Positions 19,609-29,809 of a stretch of 64,000 nt of DNA are shown in pieces. A program made the translations under genes and the position numbers. The stretch lies in the IMG/VR virus record IMGVR_UViG_3300045988_132725. One strand, given 5' to 3'. The first letter of the stretch is position 1. The number at the start of each line of letters is the position of its first letter. The notes below the pieces were generated by a model, which saw only the letters and a list, made by a program, of their open reading frames with translations, ran no database searches and was not told the DNA's origin. The stretch comes from a virus.

Positions 19609-20560
19609 TGTTATTTCTTTTTGTGTAAACTATAATATCCTTGACCGCATTGACCCCGTTTGGTGTCGTGACGAGTATTTGACAGTTTCCGGTCTTGATC
19701 CCGGTTATAATGCCGCTTTGGGTGACAGTCGCTATGGACGTATCAGAGGAAGCGAAACTTATGTTCTTGTTGGTTGTGTCATCTGGAGAGAACAAGACTG
19801 TCAAGACCATTTGCTCTCCAGCTTCTAATCGATTGTCTTGTGGTAATATCTGGATGGCATCGGGACTAATTATACCGTCATCGATCGTGGATGATTCATT
19901 ATAGGCAGGCTCTGTCACGTCTTCCTTATCATCTGGAACATCACTATGGTTGGTGAATGGAGGAGTGATGACCTTTTTCTTGATCCAGTCGGCATACTTG
20001 TAGCTTGATGTTATCCTGAAATATATTTCATAATCAAGCCAGTACGCTTGCAGCATATTAGTGGATTGTGGCATGTCAAAGTACATCAAGTTGCATCGTT
20101 CCTGAAGTGCCTCCTCTTCCTCTTTTGCATCTTGGATAGCCTTGTTCAATCTCTCCGCTATATAAAATGGATAAGTCTCCCAATTCACGTGCTGGTTGTC
20201 TAGCTTGTTGAGGATAAACCTTATACGGATGGTACCACGACCTTCCCCGATACGTTGCTGGGCCACCAGAAAATGAACATTCGTAAATCGTATAAAACAA
20301 GCAGGAAAAACGGTCTCGTATTCAGTATTGGTTTTACTCATGATTCTCTCGAACTGACCGGTATCTATGGCTATTGTTTTAAAAAGGGGAGGACTTTCCA
20401 TATTACCCTCTTCTTCCTTCACGGTAAGGATTGCTCTTTTGATAGCTTGAAATACATCGCCTAATGTGTTCTCATTGTCTGTAAGCTCACTATTGTCTTG
20501 CTCATCAGAACTTCCTTCGCTTTCTTTCGTTAAGAGTCTTGGTTTGTATTTTTTTATCAT
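19601..20560 (-). CDS. structural protein with C-terminal bacterial Ig-like (Big_2-type) domain
   Basis: The C-terminus LEAGEQMVLTVLFSPDDTTNKNISFASSDTSIATVTQSGIITGIKTGNCQILVTTPNG matches the Big_2 pattern. Confidence 0.6.
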   Translation of the reverse strand: MIKKYKPRLLTKESEGSSDEQDNSELTDNENTLGDVFQAIKRAILTVKEEEGNMESPPLFKTIAIDTGQFERIMSKTNTEYETVFPACFIRFTNVHFLVAQQRIGEGRGTIRIRFILNKLDNQHVNWETYPFYIAERLNKAIQDAKEEEEALQERCNLMYFDMPQSTNMLQAYWLDYEIYFRITSSYKYADWIKKKVITPPFTNHSDVPDDKEDVTEPAYNESSTIDDGIISPDAIQILPQDNRLEAGEQMVLTVLFSPDDTTNKNISFASSDTSIATVTQSGIITGIKTGNCQILVTTPNGVNAVKDIIVYTKRNNNE

Positions 20561-21027
20561 ATGATGCTTTTTAATAAGTTATATAGTATCAGTTGCGCTT
20601 TAAGCTCAACCAAAGGGGAGTCACCCATGAATTTACGTTGGATGTTTGGAGGCCATGTTCCTGTGGGATCGTTATGGAAGGCTGCGTAACTTTTAAATGC
20701 GTCATTTCTTCTTCCATTAGCACGGAACTTGTTTTCATCCGTATAGATCATCAACCCTCCTCCTTCGTATAGTTGGTAGGAGATAGAATCTTTCAAATCC
20801 CCCGTTTCGTTCATTAACTCATGATGATAACGATGTTCGTTTTTTCTAAGAGGCCAAAATCTACCATTGTCGCCGGGAGCTTTCTTTAGGTCAAACGACC
20901 TCTTAAATTCCTTGACATATTCTTCCCCTATTTTCAGCTTGGCCTTAAATAAGCCAGACGCAAATTTGCTAGGGACTATTTTCCATTGATTTAGCATGTC
21001 TTGAAAAGTGATATCTATACCATTCAT
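20557..21027 (-). CDS. virion morphogenesis / head-completion protein (gp10- or Mu-G-like position)
   Basis: 156-aa ORF right after the Mu-F-like gene. Position-based call only. Confidence 0.35.
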   Translation of the reverse strand: MNGIDITFQDMLNQWKIVPSKFASGLFKAKLKIGEEYVKEFKRSFDLKKAPGDNGRFWPLRKNEHRYHHELMNETGDLKDSISYQLYEGGGLMIYTDENKFRANGRRNDAFKSYAAFHNDPTGTWPPNIQRKFMGDSPLVELKAQLILYNLLKSII

Positions 21028-21845
21028 GTCAAATTGTATTTGGATTTGATGCTTGATGATATGTTTTTCATGGATTGAATAAGATTCTTATCCACGGTGA
21101 AGTATGGGTGATCCTCTCCGAATATAGCTCCACCCTTCGCTAGGTTTTGCTTGAACACAGGATTAACTGCTTTATCTATAATAGAACTTATATCGGGAAC
21201 ATCCATATAGTTGGGTCTCGTAAATGATTCCACCAAGTAACAACGGCATCTCCAATCGATAGGGGGGATCAGCCATTCAGGAAATTGAGATTTAGGATAG
21301 CTAAGTCCTTCCAGCGCACGATGAGAGTCACGAACACGCTCGTCCCCTTGTGTCATAAACATAAGGGTTGTCTCCTCTGGTAAAGTTATCCACCATGCTG
21401 CTATAAATGAAGCGTAGTCTATGTCCTTATTTTCGGTCTTGGCGTATACATTATTATATAGATAGAAGATCTCTTCCGGACCGCTATCCTCGTCTTGCTC
21501 CTCTATATCCATATATACTTGAGTCTCCTCTGCCGTGGCAAAATCAATCAAGTTGTCCAAAGCCGCAACGAGAGCTTTCCTTCTCTCGATCTCTGAGGGC
21601 GTTAGATATGTCTCGTTGTGATTTCTTACTATATCCAGCGCCTCGTTAAAATCTATACCAAACCTTCTCACGCAATGTCCAAAAGCGAACATGGCCCGAG
21701 CCTCGACAATGTCTTGAAACTCCTCTAGGTCTATGGTCTGGTTGTCGAATTTATCTAATAGTTGCTCGAACAAGAACAATAAATACTCGTACTCTTTCTC
21801 GGTCTCATCATTAATTTTAGTCTCATCGAATATCTCGTCTTCCAT
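21024..21845 (-). CDS. head morphogenesis protein, Mu F / SPP1 gp7 family
   Basis: Motif GDERVRDSHRALEGL...PPIDWRCRCYL. Confidence 0.75.
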   Translation of the reverse strand: MEDEIFDETKINDETEKEYEYLLFLFEQLLDKFDNQTIDLEEFQDIVEARAMFAFGHCVRRFGIDFNEALDIVRNHNETYLTPSEIERRKALVAALDNLIDFATAEETQVYMDIEEQDEDSGPEEIFYLYNNVYAKTENKDIDYASFIAAWWITLPEETTLMFMTQGDERVRDSHRALEGLSYPKSQFPEWLIPPIDWRCRCYLVESFTRPNYMDVPDISSIIDKAVNPVFKQNLAKGGAIFGEDHPYFTVDKNLIQSMKNISSSIKSKYNLT

Positions 21846-23184
21846 TCATGACCTCCTGTAAATAGTTCGCTACGCTACTGCTGCTCCTTCTCCTATAACG
21901 TCTTCTGGATGCAGGGGCAACAGTACCCATTGATCCACCAGCCACCACGTTATCCTTATCATCGACTTTACCGTCATCATTTATATCGTTCCATCCAGCG
22001 GGATTATTAAACTGCTTCTTTACAACAACACCAAATTCCTTTGCGATCTCGTCTGGTTCTATCTCATATTTATCTGAAAGAAAATCGTAAAGATCTATCT
22101 TGCTCTCAACGCTCATCTCCAATCCTCCGGAATATTTAAATTCCAGTCCATTCTCAATATATCCCATAGCTACTAGCCGTGGAATAATCTCCTCGTTCAT
22201 GGCATTCTCAATATATTCCCGATAGACCTTGATGCGGTCTCGGAAAATATCTTGGTGGGCTTTAGTTGATCCTACATAGGATTGTGTCGCTCCAGCCATA
22301 GACTCAGAACCTAGAATCAAATTTGACACCTCGGCGTTAACTAGCTCGATAAGGCTCGTATAAATCTTCTCGCTATTGGACATAGTAAAAGCCTTGATGT
22401 CTATGTCATCATTTAATCCCGTCACGATAACACGATTGGTTGCGGCAGATGCGATATCGTTGGCTAGTCTATTTCGATCTCCAAGATTCTCACTCTCCGA
22501 TTTACCATGGATAATAGGTTGTCCATATGTATGGCTGAAATTTATGTAGTTAGCCAACGTGAATTTCTTGGCGAGAATCAATGGAGTAGTGGCTGAGAAC
22601 AAGCCTAGATCACCAGAGTTTATAAGGATATAGTTCTTCTTATATTTAGGAGTCTCAAGGTCCCAATTAGGAAGCCATATGCCTTGACGTTTCAATACGG
22701 TCTTTTGTTCAGGCAATACATTGCGGCGTTCGATGAGATTCACGTCATTCAGTTTTCCTGTAATAGGATCGATTGTTGGATTAATCTCAATCAACGTATA
22801 ACCATACAATTTAGATTCAGCAATGCCTTTGATGATCTTGATGAATTGGCTCCCTTGTATTTTCTTCGTAGCCTCCACATCACGGACATATTGACCATTA
22901 GCATTTTGTCTTGCCAACATATATCTTTCTCCGATAATCTGGGACTCCAATGTCTCTAAGACACTTCTTATGTGAGCGTCCTGTTGTACACATGCCTCAT
23001 ATAAGTCGATCAATCTTGATCTATCATCCAAGATCACTCCCTTGACAACTTGAGAGCGAGTCGATTTATATCTGCAATTCCTTTCGATCTCGGACACATA
23101 TTCCTGTATGGTCTTTTTGCTTGTCCGGAAGATACTCTCTAAGGTTTGCGAGTCTATTTTCCCTTGATTTATATTCTTGTCCAT
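21823..23184 (-). CDS. portal protein
   Basis: 453-aa ORF, first in the late operon and upstream of the Mu-F-like gene. Basic C-terminal tail (RRRYRRRSSS). Confidence 0.6.
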   Translation of the reverse strand: MDKNINQGKIDSQTLESIFRTSKKTIQEYVSEIERNCRYKSTRSQVVKGVILDDRSRLIDLYEACVQQDAHIRSVLETLESQIIGERYMLARQNANGQYVRDVEATKKIQGSQFIKIIKGIAESKLYGYTLIEINPTIDPITGKLNDVNLIERRNVLPEQKTVLKRQGIWLPNWDLETPKYKKNYILINSGDLGLFSATTPLILAKKFTLANYINFSHTYGQPIIHGKSESENLGDRNRLANDIASAATNRVIVTGLNDDIDIKAFTMSNSEKIYTSLIELVNAEVSNLILGSESMAGATQSYVGSTKAHQDIFRDRIKVYREYIENAMNEEIIPRLVAMGYIENGLEFKYSGGLEMSVESKIDLYDFLSDKYEIEPDEIAKEFGVVVKKQFNNPAGWNDINDDGKVDDKDNVVAGGSMGTVAPASRRRYRRRSSSSVANYLQEVMNGRRDIR

Positions 23185-23433
23185 TAGGTTTTAGTTATTT
23201 ATGAAGAATAGAGGCATCTTAAGTGAGTTGTTTTGAAATAGAGGTTCTATGATATTATCCAATATATATTCAAATGCCTATTTTGTTTGTTTTGTTAAAC
23301 ACGATATTAATATACTTAAACGTTTCTGTGGCATTACATATAAGTGATGAATAATTTTATATATCGTGTATTTATATTTTATGTGCTAATAATTAGATGG
23401 ATATAAATTTATAATAAAAAATATATGTAATAG

Positions 23434-23465
23434 TTTGTCAGTATAAAAATAGATGTATATCTTTG
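23434..23465 (+). promoter_or_regulatory. Bacteroidota-type promoter (TTTG-N20-TATCTTTG) for the rightward early operon
   Basis: TTTG at 23434-23437 and TAtcTTTG at 23458-23465, in the AT-rich divergent intergenic region. Confidence 0.6.
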
Positions 23466-23514
23466 CATCGTATTAATAATAACAATAAATAAAAAGTATG
23501 AAAACTGAAAATTA

Positions 23515-24060
23515 ATGTACGGTTTTAATTACTTTAGCGTTCAAGGAAACTTTCGGTCCATTAACGATAGGGGACAGGAGGAAAACGCTAAAGAGCTATT
23601 TTTAACTGAATCAGCAAATTTTTGTGATGCTGAAACCACGGTCTCGGAACTGCTAAAAGAGACTACTCAATTTCCGGATACTATTGATATCCCAAAGATC
23701 AATAGACTGGATAAGGTGAAAAACTTGCTATATAGGGATATTCTTCAAGTTGAGAAATCAGAGAAGAAAGGCTATATGGAGTATTCAATTGATAAGGAAA
23801 ACGGTGTGATATTGTTTTCCGCAAAGGTGCAATTCGAGGAAATATCGGGAAACAAGGTCAAAACCACAACCGAAATTTATCTCGTTCCGGCTAAATCTAC
23901 CTCAGAGGTCGAGAAGCACCTTAAGGCTCATTTAAAAGATAGTGTATTTGATTACAAGATTCCGGATGTGAACGGGACTAAGTTCGATACCATATTGGTA
24001 TTGGAAGAGACACATCGAGATCTGGTGAAGGATTATGATCTGATTAAAAATAGATTATAA
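23515..24060 (+). CDS. hypothetical protein (181 aa)
   Basis: First ORF of the rightward operon. Confidence 0.55.
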   Translation: MYGFNYFSVQGNFRSINDRGQEENAKELFLTESANFCDAETTVSELLKETTQFPDTIDIPKINRLDKVKNLLYRDILQVEKSEKKGYMEYSIDKENGVILFSAKVQFEEISGNKVKTTTEIYLVPAKSTSEVEKHLKAHLKDSVFDYKIPDVNGTKFDTILVLEETHRDLVKDYDLIKNRL

Positions 24061-24506
24061 TGTACATTCCTCAGTATTTTGAGGTTCAGGAATTAGTATG
24101 CCCTCATGTTTGCAATAAGTGGGGGCATAATCCGAACTTCATCTGGAGCTTCTTTGATCCCCATTTACTTGAAACACTGGACTTTCTGAGAGAAAAACTA
24201 GGGAAACCTATTTTTGTAAATAGCTGGTCTATAGGGGGAAGCTTGTCACAACGAGGTCTTCGTTGTAATCTATGTGATCTGGTTAGATCTAAAACCAGCA
24301 TGTCTAAAATATACATGAGTTCGCACATCTTGGGAAAAGCTTGTGATTTTGATGTTAAGGAAATGAATGCGGCAGCGGTCCGTAATTGGATCATGCTTCA
24401 TGCCTCGGAACTTCCATATCCAATATCACTGGAGGATGGCGTATCGTGGGTACATCTAGATATGCGTGAACAAGGTAATAAAAAAATCTATCTATTTAAA
24501 GCGTAA
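24060..24506 (+). CDS. peptidase M15-like cell-wall hydrolase (candidate endolysin)
   Basis: Zn-ligand pattern SSHILGKACDFDV ... GVSWVHLDMR (H-x6-D ... H-x-D). Confidence 0.6.
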   Translation: MYIPQYFEVQELVCPHVCNKWGHNPNFIWSFFDPHLLETLDFLREKLGKPIFVNSWSIGGSLSQRGLRCNLCDLVRSKTSMSKIYMSSHILGKACDFDVKEMNAAAVRNWIMLHASELPYPISLEDGVSWVHLDMREQGNKKIYLFKA

Positions 24507-24509
24507 AAA

Positions 24510-24929
24510 ATGAGCACTAAACATAATTTCGAGGCTTGGTATCCTGAGTTACCAGATTTATTATTCGGTCAAGTGATGGGAGTATCCGTATTCAACGCTA
24601 CGGCTTTTATGAACAACAGAGAAGTAGATCAATTTCAATGCAGCATTGATAATTATAAGGAAACTTGCTCTGTTATTATTGATCTATACGCAAGAAAATT
24701 GGGACTTGATAGTCCGGAGCAATTGTTTTTGACTGATGATAATGGAGACACTATGATCCACGAGGTTCTCGCCTTCTCCTTTGTTGAGTATATTGATCCT
24801 GCGTTCTCTGTCTATATGCACGATAGGATGCACGAGCTGTTCTACAACGGGATGGTAGTATCTGATAACTATTTGGCAGTAGCCGCTAAGAGAAGGTTGC
24901 CGAAATCGGTACTGGAAAAATTGGTATAA
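24510..24929 (+). CDS. hypothetical protein (139 aa)
   Basis: Co-oriented packed ORF. Confidence 0.5.
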   Translation: MSTKHNFEAWYPELPDLLFGQVMGVSVFNATAFMNNREVDQFQCSIDNYKETCSVIIDLYARKLGLDSPEQLFLTDDNGDTMIHEVLAFSFVEYIDPAFSVYMHDRMHELFYNGMVVSDNYLAVAAKRRLPKSVLEKLV

Positions 24930-24939
24930 GTATCGTAAG

Positions 24940-25305
24940 ATGGCAAGACCTATAGGATTAGGACCAGAAGTAAATACGGTCCTAATCTTTGAACCTAATT
25001 TTAACTTGATAGCCATTGTATCTAATTCGTATCAAGCGGCTAAACTAACAGGGTCATATCAACCAGCTGTACACATGGCGATAAAGGGTGGATTAAAAAC
25101 TACGAATAGCTTGTATTTTAGATCGGTACCTCCCAATATGGAAGTCTATATTTCGGACTTGTATTCATTAAAATTACAAGAGTTTGACCAAATGTGTGGA
25201 TTGGAGAGATCCTATGAAACCCCAGAGAGATTATTAAACAGAGCAAAGAAGTATAACAAGGAAACAACTATTAAGAAAAATGACAAACGTAAGAATCTTA
25301 AATAA
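24940..25305 (+). CDS. small DNA-binding protein (NUMOD/IENR-like HTH, weak)
   Basis: SNSYQAAKLTGSYQPAVHMAIKGGLKTTNSLYF resembles homing-endonuclease DNA-binding modules. Confidence 0.35.
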   Translation: MARPIGLGPEVNTVLIFEPNFNLIAIVSNSYQAAKLTGSYQPAVHMAIKGGLKTTNSLYFRSVPPNMEVYISDLYSLKLQEFDQMCGLERSYETPERLLNRAKKYNKETTIKKNDKRKNLK

Positions 25306-25726
25306 ATCAAATAATTCAAACCCTGCGTATGAGACACTAGGATCATCTGGAATGGATGTAAGAGCTTTTTGTGAAGAAAGTATAGTGATTGAGCCGAACC
25401 ATAGGGCACTAATCAAGACAGGACTTCATGTTGGATTACCGACAGACTATGAGATCCAAGTAAGACCAAGGAGCGGTTTGGCGCTGAAGAAGGGTATAAC
25501 AGTTGTCAATACTCCGGGGACAGTGGATGAATCTTATAAAGGCGAGATAGGTATAATTCTCATAAATCATGGAGATGAGCCTTTCGTGGTCAACAGTGGT
25601 GATCGCATAGCCCAGTTGGTATTGCAAAAAGTCCCTAAGATCAATTGGATTCCGGTTGATACTATAGAAGAATTGGGAGAGTCGGAAAGAGGAGAGAGTG
25701 GCTTTGGTCATACAGGTGTGCAGTAG
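25280..25726 (+). CDS. dut: dUTP diphosphatase
   Basis: SSGMDVRA, RPRSGLALKKGITVVNTPGTVDESYKGEIGIIL, GDRIAQLVL and ERGESGFGHTG are the canonical trimeric dUTPase motifs. Confidence 0.9.
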   Translation: MTNVRILNKSNNSNPAYETLGSSGMDVRAFCEESIVIEPNHRALIKTGLHVGLPTDYEIQVRPRSGLALKKGITVVNTPGTVDESYKGEIGIILINHGDEPFVVNSGDRIAQLVLQKVPKINWIPVDTIEELGESERGESGFGHTGVQ

Positions 25727-25750
25727 TGTTAAATCTAATATGTAATAATT

Positions 25751-26527
25751 ATGGAGAATAAAGTAGTATTATCAAAAAATAGTAACAGTGATGAAATCAA
25801 AGCGTATTTCTTAGAGGTGTCCAGATTATCCAAATCTAATGAAGAGTTTCCTGTGGATTTGGATGATGTATGGCCTCTTGTCTATGAAAGAAAAGACAAC
25901 GCTGTTAAGTCTTTAATCAAATATTTTATACAAGGTATTGATTATCAATTAATCCGCCAAAAAGCGGATCAGCCAACAGGCAGTAAATATGTAAATAAAT
26001 ATTTCATAACATCATCATGTCTTGAATTTTTTATCGCTCGCAAGATTCGTACTGTCTTTGAAATCTATCGGCAGGTTTTTCATAAAGCAGTTATCAACTT
26101 GTCCTTGCCTAATTTTGAGGACCCTGTTGAAGCCGCCTTAGCTTGGGCTGAACAATATAAAGAGAAACAATTAGCACTTCAGAAAATAGAAGAGGATAAA
26201 CCCAAGGTTGAGTACTATAACGAGATGGTAGAGAACCGTGATTACTTTACCATATCTTCTATTGCGATTGAGCTGAAAGTGACAGCAGCCAGTTTGAATA
26301 AGTTCCTCTTGGATACTGGATGGTTTACTAAAAAGTTCAGCATTATTATCGCCGATGATGAGCACAAGAGTTGGCAATGTGATGTTCCTTATTATCAAAC
26401 CAAAAAGGATGGAACAAAATACGTAATGGCATCTCTAGTAAGATGGAGTAAGAAAGGCAGAGAGAATATCATTAAACTTTGGAAGTCTAACAATCAAAAA
26501 CAAGAAAACGATGTTGAATTATATTAA
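25751..26527 (+). CDS. antirepressor-type protein with KilAC-like C-terminal domain
   Basis: EEDKPKVEYYNEMVENRDYFTISSIAIELKVTAASLNKFL. Confidence 0.55.
   Translation: MENKVVLSKNSNSDEIKAYFLEVSRLSKSNEEFPVDLDDVWPLVYERKDNAVKSLIKYFIQGIDYQLIRQKADQPTGSKYVNKYFITSSCLEFFIARKIRTVFEIYRQVFHKAVINLSLPNFEDPVEAALAWAEQYKEKQLALQKIEEDKPKVEYYNEMVENRDYFTISSIAIELKVTAASLNKFLLDTGWFTKKFSIIIADDEHKSWQCDVPYYQTKKDGTKYVMASLVRWSKKGRENIIKLWKSNNQKQENDVELY
26189..26252 (+). repeat. DNA-level direct repeat, copy 1 (KilAC-coding segment)
   Basis: gaagaggataaacccaaggttgagtactataa...gattactttacc recurs at 27468-27530 with a few substitutions. Confidence 0.7.
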
Positions 26528-27758
26528 GAATATCATAAAGAGAGGGAGTTTTGAGTTCGCTGGAAACAGCGTAATGTATATAATCAACAGCGTAGACAAT
26601 ATGATGTGGTTCAGATTGTCGGATATATGCTCCGCTATAAATGTAACGGATTGGTGTAATCCTAAACACAAGAACTACTTGATGGGTAAGGGCAAGCTGG
26701 ATAATAAGCGAAGGATTTTATTCACCCAATCCAAAGTGTACGCTTGGGGAATCAACGAAGAGGATGTTGTTTGGTTATTGGAGGAATATGCGGAGACCAA
26801 TTCCACTAGAGCTGAGTGTGCCTCTAGACTATTGAACATTATCAAAAAATTTATTGAGAGAGAAAAAGGAGCGGAGATGAAAGTGGAAGGACCAAAAGAA
26901 ACAAATAATGTATCAAGCTATAAAAAAGAACTAACTAATTTTCCGGGTATATTTAATTATAATGGGAACAATATAACCTTTAAGACTGTCAACAACACAG
27001 TGATGGTCAATGCTACAGAAATGGCAAAAGGTTTTGACAAAAGATTTCCTGATTGGATACGATTGAAGTCCACAAAAGAATTTCTATATGTATTGTCTAC
27101 CATAAAAAATAAGAATAATAGTCGTCGTGCAGATCTGCACGACGGTATTCAATATGTTAGTTATAAAGAACTTAAATTCGTTATGTCAGGCGCAAAAGAA
27201 AATCATAGCCTTATTTTAATTTCTCAAGGAGGTCAAGCGCAGGGAACGTGGATGCACGAGGATGTAGCTTTGGAGTTCGCTCGTTGGTTAGCTCCTGAGT
27301 TTGCTATCTGGTGTAACGACAAGATTAAAGAGTTAATCACAACAGGAACTACATCATTATATAACAACGTTAATTTTGGCGGTTTCCCCATCCCTCAGAA
27401 ATTCTCTGATGCTCTTATTTTATCCGCTCATCTACAGCAGAAGGTAGAGGAACAGGAAGCCAAGATCGAAGAGGATAAACCGAAGGTGGAATACTACTCT
27501 GGTATGGTAGAGAATCGAGATTATTTTACCACTACGACTATCGCTACGGAATTGAGAACGACATCTCAAGTATTGAATCAATTCTTATGTAACAAGGGGG
27601 TATTGACCGGAAAATCTGGTAACTGGAAAGTAACAGATGAGCATCAAACCTTATTGTCACCTTCTCCGTTCAAATCAATCATTAGATGGAATCATGAGGG
27701 TCGAACATTGATACACCAGCTTTGGGAAGAAAAAGTAGAAGAGTTAGTAGAAGCTTAA
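26511..27758 (+). CDS. Bro-N / KilA-N / KilAC multidomain antirepressor-type protein
   Basis: KilA-N-like GTWMHEDVALEFARWLAPEFAIWCNDKIKEL and a second KilAC copy, EEDKPKVEYYSGMVENRDYFTTTTIATEL. Confidence 0.6.
   Translation: MLNYIKNIIKRGSFEFAGNSVMYIINSVDNMMWFRLSDICSAINVTDWCNPKHKNYLMGKGKLDNKRRILFTQSKVYAWGINEEDVVWLLEEYAETNSTRAECASRLLNIIKKFIEREKGAEMKVEGPKETNNVSSYKKELTNFPGIFNYNGNNITFKTVNNTVMVNATEMAKGFDKRFPDWIRLKSTKEFLYVLSTIKNKNNSRRADLHDGIQYVSYKELKFVMSGAKENHSLILISQGGQAQGTWMHEDVALEFARWLAPEFAIWCNDKIKELITTGTTSLYNNVNFGGFPIPQKFSDALILSAHLQQKVEEQEAKIEEDKPKVEYYSGMVENRDYFTTTTIATELRTTSQVLNQFLCNKGVLTGKSGNWKVTDEHQTLLSPSPFKSIIRWNHEGRTLIHQLWEEKVEELVEA
27468..27530 (+). repeat. DNA-level direct repeat, copy 2 (KilAC-coding segment)
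   Basis: See copy 1. Confidence 0.7.
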
Positions 27759-27814
27759 TAATAACCACGTCCACCCTTCCTTTTCGGATTGGTGGACACT
27801 AAAACTATCACAAA

Positions 27815-28090
27815 ATGGAAAAATACGAATTAAAAGAAAACAACACTTATTATTACAAACATCATTTATATGTCGTAATAAATATAGGAAGACAGAAAAT
27901 GGAAAATGGAGCATGGGAAGATTGTGTTATCTATAAACGTGAAGACGCTCCTAAAGATCCATTAGAGCAAAAGATGTTCGTAATAGCAATATATGATTTC
28001 TTGAAGAATTTTGAAACACTGGAGTACGTAAGACCCAGTTTGTATACCGGAAACATTGTGGCGAACGGAATAATATTTAATGCAAAATGA
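27815..28090 (+). CDS. hypothetical protein (91 aa)
   Basis: Packed co-oriented ORF. Confidence 0.5.
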   Translation: MEKYELKENNTYYYKHHLYVVINIGRQKMENGAWEDCVIYKREDAPKDPLEQKMFVIAIYDFLKNFETLEYVRPSLYTGNIVANGIIFNAK

Positions 28091-28329
28091 AAATTGTAAA
28101 AATACGAGTTGGTAAGGTGCTCGATCTTGTTACGAATGAATTATTGTATAATGTAGAATTTAAATTCGAGAACCAACGCAGATTCACTGGATATTCAATT
28201 GAAAATTGGAAGGATATATGGGACGCAAAGTTAGCTATCCAGATGCACGATAGAGGAACGACCACATTTCATAAAGTAGGAGCAGATAAGAATGGCAAAA
28301 TTTTTATGTCGAGTAAGATAGAACAGTGA
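28087..28329 (+). CDS. hypothetical protein (80 aa)
   Basis: 4-nt overlaps on both sides. Confidence 0.5.
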   Translation: MKIVKIRVGKVLDLVTNELLYNVEFKFENQRRFTGYSIENWKDIWDAKLAIQMHDRGTTTFHKVGADKNGKIFMSSKIEQ

Positions 28330-29231
28330 ATGTTTTATCTCTCTTTGATGGGATCAGTTGCGGAAGACTGGCTTTGGAAAGAGCTGGCTTCACGTCCATC
28401 AAATATTATGCTAGTGAGATAAGCACAGCAGCCATTACCGTGAGTGAACATAACTATCCAGATCTCATAAGGCTGGGAGATGTTCAAAATTGGAAGGATT
28501 GGGATATAAATTGGAACAGCATTGATTTGCTAATAGGGGGAACGCCGTGCCAAGGTTTCAGCTTTGCTGGTAAGCAATTAAACTTTAATGACCCAAGAAG
28601 TAAGCTCTTTTTCGTTTATCTGGATATTCTCAACCACATCAAATCATTAAATCCTAACGTAAGATTTCTTCTTGAGAATGTGAAGATGAAGCGAGAGTAT
28701 CAAGACATAATTTCCAAATCTCTAGGAGTAGAGCCTATTATGATTAATTCTTCTTTGGTCTCGGCTCAAAATAGAAAAAGAAATTATTGGGCAAACTGGG
28801 GTATAAAGCAACCTCAAGACAAGGGCATACTTTTAAGTGATATCGTCTTGGATGGTATCGTTGAAAAGGATAAAGCTTATTGCCTTACATGTAGATCGGG
28901 GAACGCTAGGGATTATTTTAAGAAGCATCAAAGTAATATAGCGTTTATTCCTTCTTCTTCTGGAGAATACAAGATTGAAAATGGAAAGATCAATATCGTG
29001 TTTAAAAAGTCGCCAGATCAAAACGCTTATACCTTTGACGTAAATATACCGGATGGGAGATACAATATTAGACCTCTCTCTCCTGTTGAATGCGAACGTT
29101 TACAAACATTGCCAGACCATTATACTTCTAGTGTTGGGATAACAGAGAGATATAATCAATTAGGCAATGGCTGGAGCGTAGATACGATTACACATATTTT
29201 AAAAGAACTAAAATCACAAGAACAATCATGA
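28326..29231 (+). CDS. DNA (cytosine-5)-methyltransferase, orphan (no cognate endonuclease seen)
   Basis: Motif I LSLFDGISCG, IV GGTPCQGFSFAGK, VI LLENV, VIII QNRKR, X LGNGWSV. GTG start overlaps the upstream stop. Confidence 0.88.
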   Translation: MNVLSLFDGISCGRLALERAGFTSIKYYASEISTAAITVSEHNYPDLIRLGDVQNWKDWDINWNSIDLLIGGTPCQGFSFAGKQLNFNDPRSKLFFVYLDILNHIKSLNPNVRFLLENVKMKREYQDIISKSLGVEPIMINSSLVSAQNRKRNYWANWGIKQPQDKGILLSDIVLDGIVEKDKAYCLTCRSGNARDYFKKHQSNIAFIPSSSGEYKIENGKINIVFKKSPDQNAYTFDVNIPDGRYNIRPLSPVECERLQTLPDHYTSSVGITERYNQLGNGWSVDTITHILKELKSQEQS

Positions 29232-29809
29232 GCGAACAAATAAGCGTATATACATTTGAAGATGTAACTACTCACATGAAAAATGAAATCCATTATTTTA
29301 TCACTATAGATAATGAGATTTTTTTGAATTTGAAAGACGTAGCTATTGGATTAGGGTTTGAAAGAATCCAAAGTATTAATGGTAAAGAGTATCGATCAAT
29401 TAGATGGGGGAACATTAAAGGCTATCTGTCACAAGTAAATGATATGACAAATGTAGATCTAATAGATAGCAATACATATATTTCTGAATCTGATTTTTAT
29501 GGGTTAGCTGTGATTGCCAGATCTAAAACAGCAATGGATTTTAAGCATAAGATGGCTAAAATATATATGCCTGATATCAGAAGAAAGAATGACGATATTA
29601 GATTTAACTCTCTCAATAAGAAAGAACATTGTAGCGATCAGTCTTTGAATAACAAAACAATATCGATCAATATTTCTTCATTAATCAGTAATCTTATAAT
29701 CACCGACACTCAAGCTGATAATGCTGTTGAGATCATTGAACATAAAATACGCATGGCTTTAGAAAATATCGTAAAAACATACTCAATCAATCAAAATGAA
29801 CAATATTGA
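29228..29809 (+). CDS. Bro-N-like antirepressor-type protein
   Basis: The N-terminus VYTFEDV...IFLNLKDVAIGLGFE resembles the Bro-N pattern. Confidence 0.4.
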   Translation: MSEQISVYTFEDVTTHMKNEIHYFITIDNEIFLNLKDVAIGLGFERIQSINGKEYRSIRWGNIKGYLSQVNDMTNVDLIDSNTYISESDFYGLAVIARSKTAMDFKHKMAKIYMPDIRRKNDDIRFNSLNKKEHCSDQSLNNKTISINISSLISNLIITDTQADNAVEIIEHKIRMALENIVKTYSINQNEQY

